Assembly (NCBI GenBank): GCA_013239625.1
Contig: MU053431.1
Span: 2,506,485-2,570,484 of the forward strand
Length of the DNA: 64,000 nt
Direction: 5' to 3'
Origin: Lama guanicoe
Lineage: Eukaryota
How positions within the stretch are numbered: the first letter of the stretch is position 1; every line of letters begins with the position of its first letter. The position numbers and the translations under genes are program-made. Positions 46,722 through 58,022 of this stretch are shown one piece after another. The notes beneath the pieces were generated by a model that was given only the letters and a program-made list of their open reading frames with translations, did no database searches and was not told the DNA's origin.

Positions 46722-49700
46722 GTGAGTGCCTTTGCCACCAGCAGGCCCCTCCCCCTCCCCCCAACGCTCCTCTTAGGGACAAGGAGTTGTGCACACTCGG
46801 CACAAACCTTGTTTTGGTGTTTTCCTGGCTGTTTTATTTGTAATATAAAATTTCTCCTCTGAAACACAAATGAAACTATTCTTTCAGCTTTTCTGGAGTA
46901 GGGTGCAGACGCTAAGGGAAGTTCTTTCAGCCACCAGACCACACTGATAAGTCCCCTCTGCCTGACACGTGTCCCTCAGATAAGAGGCCTGGGGCGGACT
47001 TCGGTGGCATCTCTGGCTGGTGGCTACACCTTGGGCGCCACCTGGACTCCCCGCCCCCCCAAGACTGGCCCCAGCCATGTGTTCTCAAAGCTTCACCTGC
47101 GCTTCAGGGTGGGTCATGCTGGGGTGGGTGGGGTGCGGTGCAGGCCGCGCTAGTGAGATCTTGAAATAGGTCCTTTGGTCTGAGAGGCATGGAGCGATGG
47201 GCCACGCAGATGAGCTGAGTGCGAAATTCTCATGGGAAGTGTCTGTCAGAGCTTGGGTCCCACGTGCCTCCTGATGTTCTGTTGAGATCCTTGAGTGAGT
47301 TAATCGCACTTCCTTTACCTTTGCTCCAACCTGACCAGTGTTTTAAAGTAGTCGATTACCGGGATTTTTCCATCTTGTTTATAAGGAAGTGCTGTCGTGG
47401 TTGCTGGAGAACATGGGCCGAAAGGAAATGGTTGCTACCAGCCTGTCTTAGAGGTGCTGGAAGCTGGGTTGGCTGGCTGTGCAAGTGGAGCCTTTGCAGC
47501 CTGGGGTCACCAGGGGAGCTGGGCGCTGGGTGGGTTGGCGGTTGGAGTTTTATGCTGTTTGCTTGGCCTGGTGGGACAGCCGTTCCTTGCAGGCAGGCTC
47601 ACAGTGCAGTCGAGCTGAAAATAATTTCAGGAGACCGTAGTGCTGTTCTGTAAAACGAGCTTATGTGAAGCTGCTGGGATGCTGTTTCGCGTCATCAGGG
47701 TTGTGACTCCTCCAGAAGAAACGTGTGGCTCGGGTGTGTGCGTGTTTTGGCCCTTTCTGAGCACTTCGCCAGGCAGTGGCCATTCCCATGAGGTCTCAGC
47801 CCCGATTCTATTGGAGTTGTCAGAGCTGGAGGCCTTTCTGCAGCAACAGCCCACACGAGAACAACACAGCTCGGGATAGGGTTGCTGAAAACAGCTGCTC
47901 TGCAGCCCTGAGGGTGGCTGGTTGGTGCCTCCGCAGTGGTGGCCGCAGGAGCCTGCCCACACGATTACTGCCCAGGGCCTCTGCCAGGGAAGGTGCAACT
48001 GGAAGGAAGGGCCCTGGCTTTCTGGTGGAGGTTGTAGACTCCTTTAGCCCAGCTCGGCCCGAAGGGGAGGAAGTCAGGCTGTGTGCAGCCCTGGTGCTTC
48101 ACTCCAGTGACGCAGTTAATGCTCACGAAACTTCTTCCCTCCACCAACTACTTTTAATTCAGTAGCCGTGCTCTGTTGTGGGGTGGTCACCAAATGGGAT
48201 CCTTTTTATAGGTAGATCATAGCTAAAAGCATGCCTGGAGTGGATACCGATAATTCCACAGTCACTTGTTGGCACATTCTTTGGTCTCAGGTGACAGGAA
48301 GCTCAGCTCCAGATGATAGTATTGGCTGGCGGGGAGTGGTGCCTGGCCTGGCGAGAAGCCCCTGCTCCAGGCCTGCCTGAACAGGGCTCCGACCAGTGCT
48401 CCATCGCCCGTCCTTCCGCTTGCCCCTCTGTGTGTGGGGGTGCCTAGTGGGACGGGACTGTATCTTCCCAGCCTGCAGCCCCACCGCAAAATGGCCCGGT
48501 GTGGGCCTCACTGGATGTTCACTGTGGTCTGGGAGTTGTAACCTCTGACCAGTCAGATTGGGATCACATGCCCACCCAAGTGGGAGGTGGGGACAGCCCC
48601 CTAAAGGAAGATCCATTAGGTGCAGCTAGCAGATGCTTCACACTGACTGTCATGCCCACCGATAGTTGGGGGGGGTCTGTTACCCTAAAAGGTAGAAGTA
48701 ATTCCCAGAGGAGCTCTGGCCAGGGGAGCACGGCCTGGTGCCCTCAGCACGAATGGGGCTGAGTTACCTGGACACAGACTCTGTTTCTGCCCTAGTTTGG
48801 AGGTTCGTGTTTCTGAAGGAGTCGCTTGTGACACTTTGTTTCCATATCCCAGAAATGCTGAGGGCTGTGCCATGTGGGAAAGTGGCCCCCAGCGAGTACC
48901 TCTCCTGTTGGGGATTGGGTGCCCAGGCCCTTTTGGGTCACCTTCTGGATGCTCCTCGTCACCAAGGACTTTTCTCTGTGACGTGTTTCCCAAGCTTGGC
49001 CATGTGGGCCCAGATAGAGATTCTCTAAGGATTTTTCTTTAAATCTTTTGCTTCAGACTATTCTACTTCAACAAACCACAGAGTGTTCACAAGATCTTAT
49101 GTGTTTATTGTTTTGGGGAAAACTGGGCTTGGAGACGTGTTTGGAGTTTCTGTTTCTGAATCTCAATATCACGTATCATTACTTACCTTGCACTTGGTGT
49201 TGTGGAAACCATGACGTGGCTCCAGGTACGCTGAAGGCTGTTTCTTGCAGGTGACCTTGACTCACTTTGACATGAAAGCAGTTCATCAGCCCAGCCCCCA
49301 GGGTTGGGATTGGGAGGCTCAAGCAGGCACTGCAGGTTAGGGGCCCCGCAGAAGGTTCTAGAGCCTTTCCTTGGCAGGCTGTGTTGTGGGGAATGTGCTG
49401 GTGCACCTGCCCAAGGTGCTCCTCCACCTCTGTTGCCACAGTCTTACTAGGCCCTGAGACAGGCCGCGGTGGAGGTGGCAGTTCTGGGTGAAGGTGCCTT
49501 CCGGGCACAGTCTGGGTGGAAGCCCTCTGAAAGCAGGCGTGGACTTCGGGTTTCAGTGAGAGTCAGCCGTGGCCTAGAATGGACCCTGCAACTCTACCCA
49601 GGTGGTCCCGTCTGGGCCCCGGCTGTGCAGACATCTGGGTTGCTGTGCAGGTGGTTGGAGTTCGAGTTCCGTGATAGTATCAGACTATCCCAGGGGAAGG

Positions 49701-50945
49701 AATTTCTGGAAGTCAGGTTTTTCTAAAGCCTGGGTTCAGAATTAGACGTCCTAATGGCTGTTGGATTTAGGAAATCCCAAAGCAAGTTTTTCACTAAGGA
49801 TTTTAGAAGTTATTTTCTCCCCATTATTCCAAAATTACTGGCTTTCCTGGAAACTAAGATAAACTCAGCAACTTAGTGACTTCAGGACATTCCACACTCT
49901 TGCTGGGAAGCAGCACAGGTTTTGAGTCCTGGGCCCTGCTGAGCAGCAGACAGTCCGAGGCCCCGCTGTGCTACGAGCCCACTGCTGACAGGAGGGAGGC
50001 CCTTGGGGGTACTTGGGCTGGGTCATCCCCACAGGAGGGGGCCCGCAGGGCGCAAGGTGGGAGGAGGGCCCCCAGCAGGTGTCAGTGGGTGGTGGGTGGG
50101 AAGGAGGGGCTGAGAAGCCCTGCTGCTGCTGTGCTGCTGCTTGGCCCAGTCCCCCGGGACCGGGACGGGTGGCCCCTGCATGGCCAGAGTAGGCTGGCAT
50201 CTCAGGAGCCCTGCCGTCTCGAGCCGTTGTTGCTTCAGGGTTGCCAGGTTGGCCAGAAAGGAGCTCTGGGGTTCCGCTGCTGTGTCTTTCACTTATGGTG
50301 GTAGCTGGTCGAGGGCTGCTGGCTCTGGATGTCAGCGCTCAAGGTTTCCTTGCTGTCCCTGTGGCTGAGGCACACTGCCTGTGCCGGTCCCTCCGCCGTT
50401 GAGGTCACAAGCCATCTTGTGTGGATGGTTGGGGCAGGATGGCATGGAACAGGCGGTCTCTGCTGTGAGCCCAGACCACCCCCTTGCACCGAGAACAGTG
50501 GTGTGAGGTGGAGGTAGGTTTCCCCAGATCTCCGAGGACGTTGTGTGGACAGTGCTGGAGGCTGGAGGGGCTCTTGGGGTCTGAGAGGGCCAGCACACCA
50601 CAGACCACACACAGCGCGCCCCCGTGGGTGTGGCTGAGCTCTTCTCCCCTCAGGGGACTTGTCTGCTCTGCTGCCCAGGGCCTCGGGCTCTGTGGGAGGA
50701 CCGGAGAGCTGGGAGAAGTGAGTTTCCGAAGAGGTGGAGGAGAGCCTGGGCTACAGGGTTGTCGTGACCTGACAGTGTCACTTCTGTCCTTGACGCATGT
50801 CCCCCGGGTCCCTGAGACTGGATGCGTGCCCGTCCCCAGTGTCCAAGCTGACTCACTACCCCTCCTCTCTGGGTGCCTTGTCCTTAGTGTTCGGGCTGTG
50901 GCTGTGCCTTGTGTCTGGTTGGCTTAATCGGTGTTTCTCTTCCAG

Positions 50946-51047
50946 CTACAAGAAGACTCAGGAAACTCTCTCTCAGGCGGGACAGAAGACGTCAGCTGCC
51001 CTGTCCACCATGAGCTCTGCCATCAGCAGGAAGCTCGGAGACATGAG
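50946..51047 (+). CDS. TPD52L2: TPD52L2 exon 5 (YKKTQETLSQAGQKTSAALSTMSSAISRKLGDMR)
   Basis: ttccag| acceptor, AG|gtgaga donor; 102 nt; D52 motif. Confidence 0.97.
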
Positions 51048-53977
51048 GTGAGACTCCTGGCCTGGCAGCTCTGCCCTGGCACCTGTGCTGGTTGGGTGAG
51101 GTGTTTGAGGTCTTATCCACTGGAGCATCTGCAGGAAGCCTGCCGGGGCCCCGGGGCTCAGATGCGCATGCCCCGGGCCTCTTAGCACCCGCAGATGTGG
51201 CCACACCGGCTTCAAACCAGTGGTTCGCAGACCCTTGTTTTCTATCTACTTTGCCATTTCTGTTTCTCAAGGTGGGGGGGGCGGTCCCTGGTGTCTTTGG
51301 GTAACTTCGGTGTTGCGATTGGTGAAGGCGATGCGTCTGATTGAAGTTTCACAGAGAGAAGATGACTGGAGGCCGGGGGTGGGTGGTCGGCGTTGGCCAT
51401 CGGAGCAGCAGTGAGGACACTCCAGGCCAAGTCGGTGTTTGTCAAGGTGTTTGCCTGACCTGCCCTCAGAGAGTGTGCAGACTAGGGCCTCAGACTGAGC
51501 GTCCTTTCCTGGAAGCTGGCGAGACCTTCTTGGCTGCCTGAGCACCTCCTGAGCAGGGCCTGGGGGTCAGGGAGTGCCCACCCCCAGCCTGATGGACACG
51601 CCTGCTCCAAGGCAGGGTTCACCCTGCTTTTCCTGCTCTGGGCTCCATGGCTGCATCTGCAGGGCCTCCCGAAGCCAGAAGCCAGGGCGTGAGTCCTGGC
51701 TCAGCTTCCTCCTCGCTGTGCCCTCAGGAGGGCCTCCCTCAGGGTTGCTAGGATGAACTGGTGAGTGACAGCGCATGGTGCAGGTCGTCACCATCACCAG
51801 CACCTGGGACTTGGCCCCTAGGTACCACTGCCCCGCCTACCCTGGCCCTTGACCCACGCTCGGGACCAGTCCCCTCACTTCTGAGTTTGAAGGAATGCCT
51901 CCCTGCAGCCCCCACCCCATCCTGGGGCTCCTGTCTCCTCAAAGCTGAGAACCCCGTGGTGTTGCCTGCGGGCTTGGCCTTGGGGGTCTACCCAGCCTTG
52001 ACCTCTCGCCTCTTACCATTAGGTGGGCCCCCTTCCTGCCTGCTTGCTTAGGCATGTCCCTGCCTCACAGGCCTACAGTTGCCTTGGCCTCAGGGTGGGA
52101 GCTCTGCCCTGGCCCTCCGAGCCCTGGGCCCCTAGCCAAGCAGAGGACAGCCTGGGCCCAGAGCCGCACTCACCTTTTATCTTTGTTTGTGTCGTTACCC
52201 ATCTCCTCTCTCACACCCCCAGCTTTTTATTTTGAACAATTTCAGACCTTTGGAGAAGCTGAACACCCAGTAGGCAGTCTGTGTCTAAGGAGCGCACCCC
52301 CCTCTGGGGGGCCCTGTGGGTCATTCTGCAGATGCAGGCCTTGCCCACCGTGGCTGTGATTTGGGCACAAGAGGCCCCCAAGCTGTGGCTCTGTGCCGAC
52401 AGCAAGGAGGGTCTGTGGGACTGCTCCCGCAGGTGTCGTCCTGGTCTGCTCGCACGTGACTGTGGGTGTGACCCTGTAACGAGTCACTGGACGTTAGCCT
52501 CCTGAGTCGGGCTGCGGAAGAGCTGGTGATAGGCTGATCACACGCCGCTGGTAGGCTGGCCAAGCTCCCAGGGGCTGCCGCAGAGGGAGCGGGCACTCCT
52601 GGCTGTGCCTGCTCTCTCCCCAGAGCGTGGGCTGGTGCCAGGGAGTTTGAAGGAGGCAACACATCTGCTGTGCTTAAGTCACATCCTCTCCTAGGAACGT
52701 CCTCACACAGTTTTGAGTGTGTTCAGAGTGCTCTGGGTGGAAATCAGGCAAGAGGGCAGAGCCCTTGCTGCGCGTCGTGGTGGCCATCTCGATGGGGCGT
52801 TGTTCACACAGACTGCTTTTCCCTGGGAGGACAGTGACGTGACCCTGTTCTGTCTGCTCCTCTGCCCCCGAGCTCCCCTCAGAACCGGCTTGGCTGCTGA
52901 CCCAGGACACTGAGCCGCAGGTCCCGTGCCCACCAGCCGAGGCGAGGGACCTGGTCGAGTTCACAGTGCCTGGAGCAGTCATCCTCTTTGCCGGGGTCTC
53001 ACCCCAGGGACTCTCATCTGCCATTGGTTTTGTTCTCTTGTGTCTTCAGGGGAGCCCTGAACACAGGTGTCTCAGGGTTCTTGATGTATCCTCTCACGTG
53101 TTCCTGTGGTCTTGCCATGCAGTCTCATGTGGTTTCTCAGGTCTCGTGAGATCCATTGGCCCCCATGGTTTAGAGCTCATGGCCGACAGAGTTCACCACT
53201 CCTTGAGAAGGCAAATCAGTCTCAGGGAGATTTCTGTCATGAGTTCAGGATTGGGTGATACCCCGTGGGCCACTGCATCGAGATGTTTGGGGCCAGGTCC
53301 TGCTAGACGCCCCACACCAGCTGGAGCGGCCCTGGTCTGAGGCTTTTTACATCCCCTGGGGCGTGAGGTGGTGGGAGTTGGGCAGGGACCTGGATTTGGA
53401 TCAAAGGCTGGGTTAATGCAGGGTCGGGCCTCTGTCCTGCCGGGTGACCTTTGACAGGGCGCATGCTTCCTTCTCCCACTGAGAGGAGCAGGACCTGCAG
53501 CCCACCTGAGTGGTGCAAGCACAGCAGGCCATGTAACTGTCACTCCTGAAGTGACTGCTGTGTTGTGCCCCTGATCCCGCGCCAGCAGCAGCCCTTGGAC
53601 ACACTTGGGTTTCTAGGGTGGCTTCTGTCATCCCAGGTGATGGTGCAAGAAGTGCTGGGCCCAGGGGCGTCCCAGGCCCCTCTGCAGGGTGGTCTGCTCT
53701 GGCCTGTCTCCCGTCCCCGCTCTGCTCGCCTCTCTGGGCTTCTCTCCTCCAGCCTGTGCCCGGGCTCGGGTCCCTCATGTGGGACTGCATCCCAGAGGGC
53801 AGGGCGCCTGCTAGTCATGCCCACGAGGGAGCATCGGCCTCTCGGGGGTGGGACTTGGGGAGATGTCCTGTCCCTAGTGGTGTGAGGTCCCTGGGGTCCC
53901 TAGCAGAGGGGCCGGGGCAGGATGGGGCTCCCTTCCTAACGCTGCATTTCTTCTTTCCTGCTGCTGCCGCCTTTCAG

Positions 53978-54004
53978 GGCTCGGCCGTTCTCACACTCCT
54001 TTAG
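53978..54004 (+). CDS. TPD52L2: TPD52L2 27-nt alternative microexon (ARPFSHSFS)
   Basis: Branch point CTAAC 53936-40, ctttcag| acceptor, TAG|gtaaga donor; in frame; resembles the recalled TPD54 9-aa insert AHPFSHSFS. Confidence 0.88.
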   Translation, partial: GSAVLTLL

Positions 54005-54855
54005 GTAAGACTGATGCTGGACACACCTGGGGAAGGCTTTTCTCTGACTCCGGGCAGGGTTGGTCCTGGCTGGCCTGTGGGAGGCTGTGCTGGGGGAGGG
54101 GTGAGGGGCCCAGCACAGAGAGGCGCCCAGGAGTCATCAGCAGTGAGGTGGAAGCGGGGCTCCTCCCCAGGCTCATGGATGGCGCTGTCTCCCACCCGCT
54201 CACCCAGCCTCACAGAGGGTGTGCATCAGCCTGCAGCTGAGTGTATTCCTGAAAGGGGGCGTGTTTGCACGGGAGGGGTCCTGCTGGCCCTCTCGCTGCT
54301 GTGCTCTCCCCTACCCCTCCTCCCCTGGAAGCAGTCCTGCCCCCTAGGATTGAGTTGGTCTCACTTCCTGCTGAGGCCCCTTTCTGCCCCGGGTGTGTGG
54401 GACCCAGTCTGACCGCCTCCCGAGCAGCCCTCGGGCGGCCTGGACTGCTCTCGCAGGCAGCACCAGCGCTCTTCCAGCTTGGAGGTCTGGAACACAGGCC
54501 AGAACAGCCATGGCTTTCCTGTTCTCCCTTGACCTGGCGGTTTCTCTTTAGCTTGCTGGAAGGCATGTGAGGACACCTGACAGCTCGCAGCACCAAAGTG
54601 TTGGTTGCGCCCGGGTTTAGGTCCTCTCCGTTCCACTGTTTCAGCGCCCCTCAGCGGTGTCACACTTCTGGGGCCACGAGGGGGCCACCTTGGGTCCAGT
54701 TTTCCTTGGGTGACGGCAGCCTCGCAAGGCTTCTTTGTAGTGGCCGGGGCTTTTTTCAGCCGCGCGGGCAGTTGGGGCAGCTCTCTGCCAGAGCAGGGCC
54801 GGTGGGCCGCCTCGAGATAACTCTCCTTCTCTGCTCCCGCCATGCTTCCGAGCAG

Positions 54856-54897
54856 CAGCGCCTCCATCCGCCACTCCATAAGCATGCCGGCCATGAG
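54856..54897 (+). CDS. TPD52L2: TPD52L2 42-nt alternative exon (SASIRHSISMPAMR)
   Basis: Encodes the D52-family RHSISMP motif; cag acceptor; GAG|gtaatg donor; phase 2-2. Confidence 0.9.
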
Positions 54898-55940
54898 GTA
54901 ATGTGTGCCCAACTCCTAAGCCCAGGCAGCCAGTGGAAGTCAGGGGAGCCAGGGGGCGGGGGTCTCCTGCTGGTCCACTTCCCACTCTCTGAACCCCTGC
55001 CGGCCTCCTCTCGGCTGAGGCCTGGGGACGACCCCTTCCAGGCTGCAGAGCTTGTGGAGATGAGGCTGAGAGGAACCATTGTGCCAGACTGGACTCCACC
55101 TGGAACTTTCTAGGGCCAGCCTTGGGGTTGGGCCAGGGAGGGGCAGAGAGGCTTGCACACAGGCTCCTCCCAGGAGCCTTAAGGTGTCTCCACGCCTTTT
55201 GTGAAAACTGGTCTGTATGTGGAGAACACCCAGAGCTGTGGCTGGTTTCTCCTTGAAGTCCCCACCCATGTTCTCCCCTGCTCCAGTGAAGCCTGGATCT
55301 TTACAGAGTTCCCGTCCCTGTTACAGGGGAACCTGCTGCGACGCTGTGCCCCAGAGCCAGCTGGGGGTCCTTGTCAGGCTGCCCCTAGAGGTCTGGAGGG
55401 CAGGGAGGCTCTGAGCCATTGAGGGAAGCTGGTTATATCAGAGGTTGCTGGGAGTGACTGGGGCTGGCCTGCTTTTTCCTCTGTTTCCTTCTCACTCTGC
55501 TCCCAGCATTGTCCTTGGTTTCCCCTTCGCTTGACTTCCGTGAGAGGAACACGTGGGACTTTTCATTACCCCAGTATGTGTGCATCTAGGGCACAGCATA
55601 AACGAGCCTGGCAGCCCACCTGCTGCCCAGTCGGGTCTGCTGTTCGCCCACGAGAAATCTGGGTTTCACTGGCTGGTGGCCTGCAGATCTTCTGTCCTGC
55701 AGTTGGTGGGTGTGGTTGACCTCGGGTCTGACCTGGGAAAGCCTCGGGGGCGACCTTGGCTGGGCTCTGCAGAGGGTGTGCCCTCTTCCCCCTTTTTTTG
55801 GCTTGTCCCAACGTTGCAGTGAGCTCTCTGGATCTGGCGGGATCTCCAGAGGATGACCCTGACCCTGAGGCCCTTCAGACTTAGGAGGGCAGCACAGCCA
55901 TCTGCTCCTGTACCGACATGTCCTTCTTCTCTTTTTAAAG

Positions 55941-55989
55941 GAATTCTGCAACCTTCAAGTCATTTGAAGACCGAGTTGGGACCATAAAG
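55941..55989 (+). CDS. TPD52L2: TPD52L2 penultimate exon (NSATFKSFEDRVGTIK)
   Basis: tttttaaag| acceptor, AAG|gtaaca donor; 49 nt; TFKSFE family motif. Confidence 0.97.
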
Positions 55990-56189
55990 GTAACAGTGCC
56001 TGGGCCACCTGGCCGGCCCTCCTGGTGGGGGTGACCTGTCACTTAGGTAAACTCGTTTAGTCAGTGTAGGTGCACGTGCTGTTATGGGAATTGACGCCGA
56101 GAGGCCTTGTTCCTTGTGCACAGATGAAATCCTGCAGTACCACAATCGGGGGTGGCACCGTCACAGTCAGGATAGAGTGCAGTCGTCCC

Positions 56190-56400
56190 CCCGGCACCCT
56201 GTCCCTGCCCTGCCTCTGGTAACCACTGACCTCTTTCCATTTCTGTAGTTTTTACCTTTTCGAGAACGTTGTGTAAGTGGAACATACAGTGTAGCCTTTT
56301 GGGGTTGGCTCTCTTCACGCTGCTTAATTCCCCAGAGAGACATCCAACCTGTTGCCTGTGTTGGTGACATGCCTTTTATATTGCTAAGCAGTGTCCATGT
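56190..56400 (-). mobile_element. Ancient L1M fragment in the last TPD52L2 intron
   Basis: GGTAACCACTGA..TTTTTACCTTTTC.AGAA..GTGGAACATACAGTGT. Confidence 0.7.
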
Positions 56401-56512
56401 TACAGAAACTCAAGTGGAGATTGGAGTTTGAATTCCCAGCACAGGCCTAGGGTTTGCCAGGGCTGCGTGCTCTGTCTCATGTTTTTCTTTCTTGGTCTTT
56501 TCCCGTCTGTAG

Positions 56513-56608
56513 TCCAAGGTTGTCGGTGGCAGAGAGAATGGCAGTGACAGCCTTCCCTCCCCGTCTGGGAGTGGTGAAAAACCCCTGCCCGATCACACGC
56601 CCTTCTAA
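56513..56608 (+). CDS. TPD52L2: TPD52L2 last coding exon (SKVVGGRENGSDSLPSPSGSGEKPLPDHTPF*)
   Basis: Long pyrimidine tract plus tag acceptor; TAA 56606-08; seven-exon CDS sums to 621 nt = 206 aa. Confidence 0.95.
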   Translation, partial: SKVVGGRENGSDSLPSPSGSGEKPLPDHTPF

Positions 56609-58016
56609 GCCCATAGAGGCTTTGCCCGGCCCCAGAACGAGCACACCCTCCTTGCCACAACTGCAGCTTCGCTCAGTGGGGCAGCCAACCAGGCCGTGGC
56701 GAATGCACAGAACCGGTTTTGAGGACAATCTCGCATCCACATGGGGACGTGGCCGCTGCGCTCACATGGGTTAGAGAACACATCTTGTGTACAGATGCTT
56801 TCCACTGGGTCGGCAGGTGCAGCAGATCACTGTGCCATCCTGCCTTGGGGGCAGGAAGCAGGCAGGGTGGTGGGTCCCAAGGGGTCTAGAGCCAAAGCCC
56901 AGCCCTCTTTGGGAATCTTGTTCGTTGACCAGCCTGCTGAAAGGGTGGTACAGTGATGAGTGTAAAACGCGTGGTGTTTGCTAACCCCTCCCTGAGTCTC
57001 AGGAGGAAGGGTCATCCAGGAAGCCCTGCCTGCTCTGCAGTTTTATTCAGAACGCTCAACAAGAAAACTGTCCGTTTTCTGAGACCTTCCAGAAGAGAAA
57101 CTGAGCATCAGCAGCTGCCTGATTGTTACACTAACGATCTAGCTTTAACAAGAGCAAATTCTTCTATTTTTTAAATGCAGTGGGTTTTTTCAAAAATTAA
57201 ACCTAAGCAAAGCAGCTTTAGCCTCATAGTTAGAAAATACTATTTCTCTGAACTCAAGCTGAAATACACGCCTTACATCGCCTTATGCTTTATCTGTTTA
57301 TGATGTTTTATACAAATGAGGGTTCCATTGTGGGTTTTGAGCACTCTAGAATTCTGCACCCAGCCAAGTGGCAGCATGCCTGTGCCAGTGGTGTGTTTGA
57401 TTTCACAAATGCGCTCTGTCCCTCTATGAAACTCGCTTCTCTCTCCTCTCAGTGACCATGGCACTTCCCGCTGGCCAAAGAGCTCGTGGGCTGGTGGGGC
57501 GGGGGCCGTGCTGCCCCTGTGTGGGCCAGGCCTGGCTGGTGCATCACTGGTCAGCAGCCCCAGTCGGCCTGTGGGCTGCACGCCGGGGCATTGGGGTCAG
57601 CTGGGACTCTGCTGTCACCTTTTCTCAGGAGCTACAAAGATCTCTTTCCCGTTTGATGCTGCCATGTTCCGGCAGCTTTTCCCCAGGCCCCATGTCTGGT
57701 GTGTCCAGAGGGGCAGCTCCGTGCCTTACTGGCTCTCGGCAGGCAGAGACTTCGCCTGCGTCTGTGCACTCCAGGGGAGGAGCCGTCAGCTTAGTGTCCG
57801 CCTTGGTTGGCGGTGATGTGCTCTCCGGTACCTGACTGCCTGCTAGTCACTTCAGACACCCTAGGTAGGGGGTGCAGTCCACGCTCGTGCCTTGGAGGAA
57901 CACCCACGTGTTCTTTCTCCAGGGTTAGAATCTCTCAGATGTGGTGTGGTGAGGAGGCAGGGTGTGGGGTGATAACTGATTTATCTTTTCCTTAAGTAAA
58001 TAATGGGTGATTTGTC

Positions 58017-58022
58017 AATAAA
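58017..58022 (+). terminator. TPD52L2: Polyadenylation signal of TPD52L2 (3' UTR ~1.4 kb)
   Basis: First AATAAA I found after the stop; GU-rich element at ~58051-58068. Confidence 0.75.
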
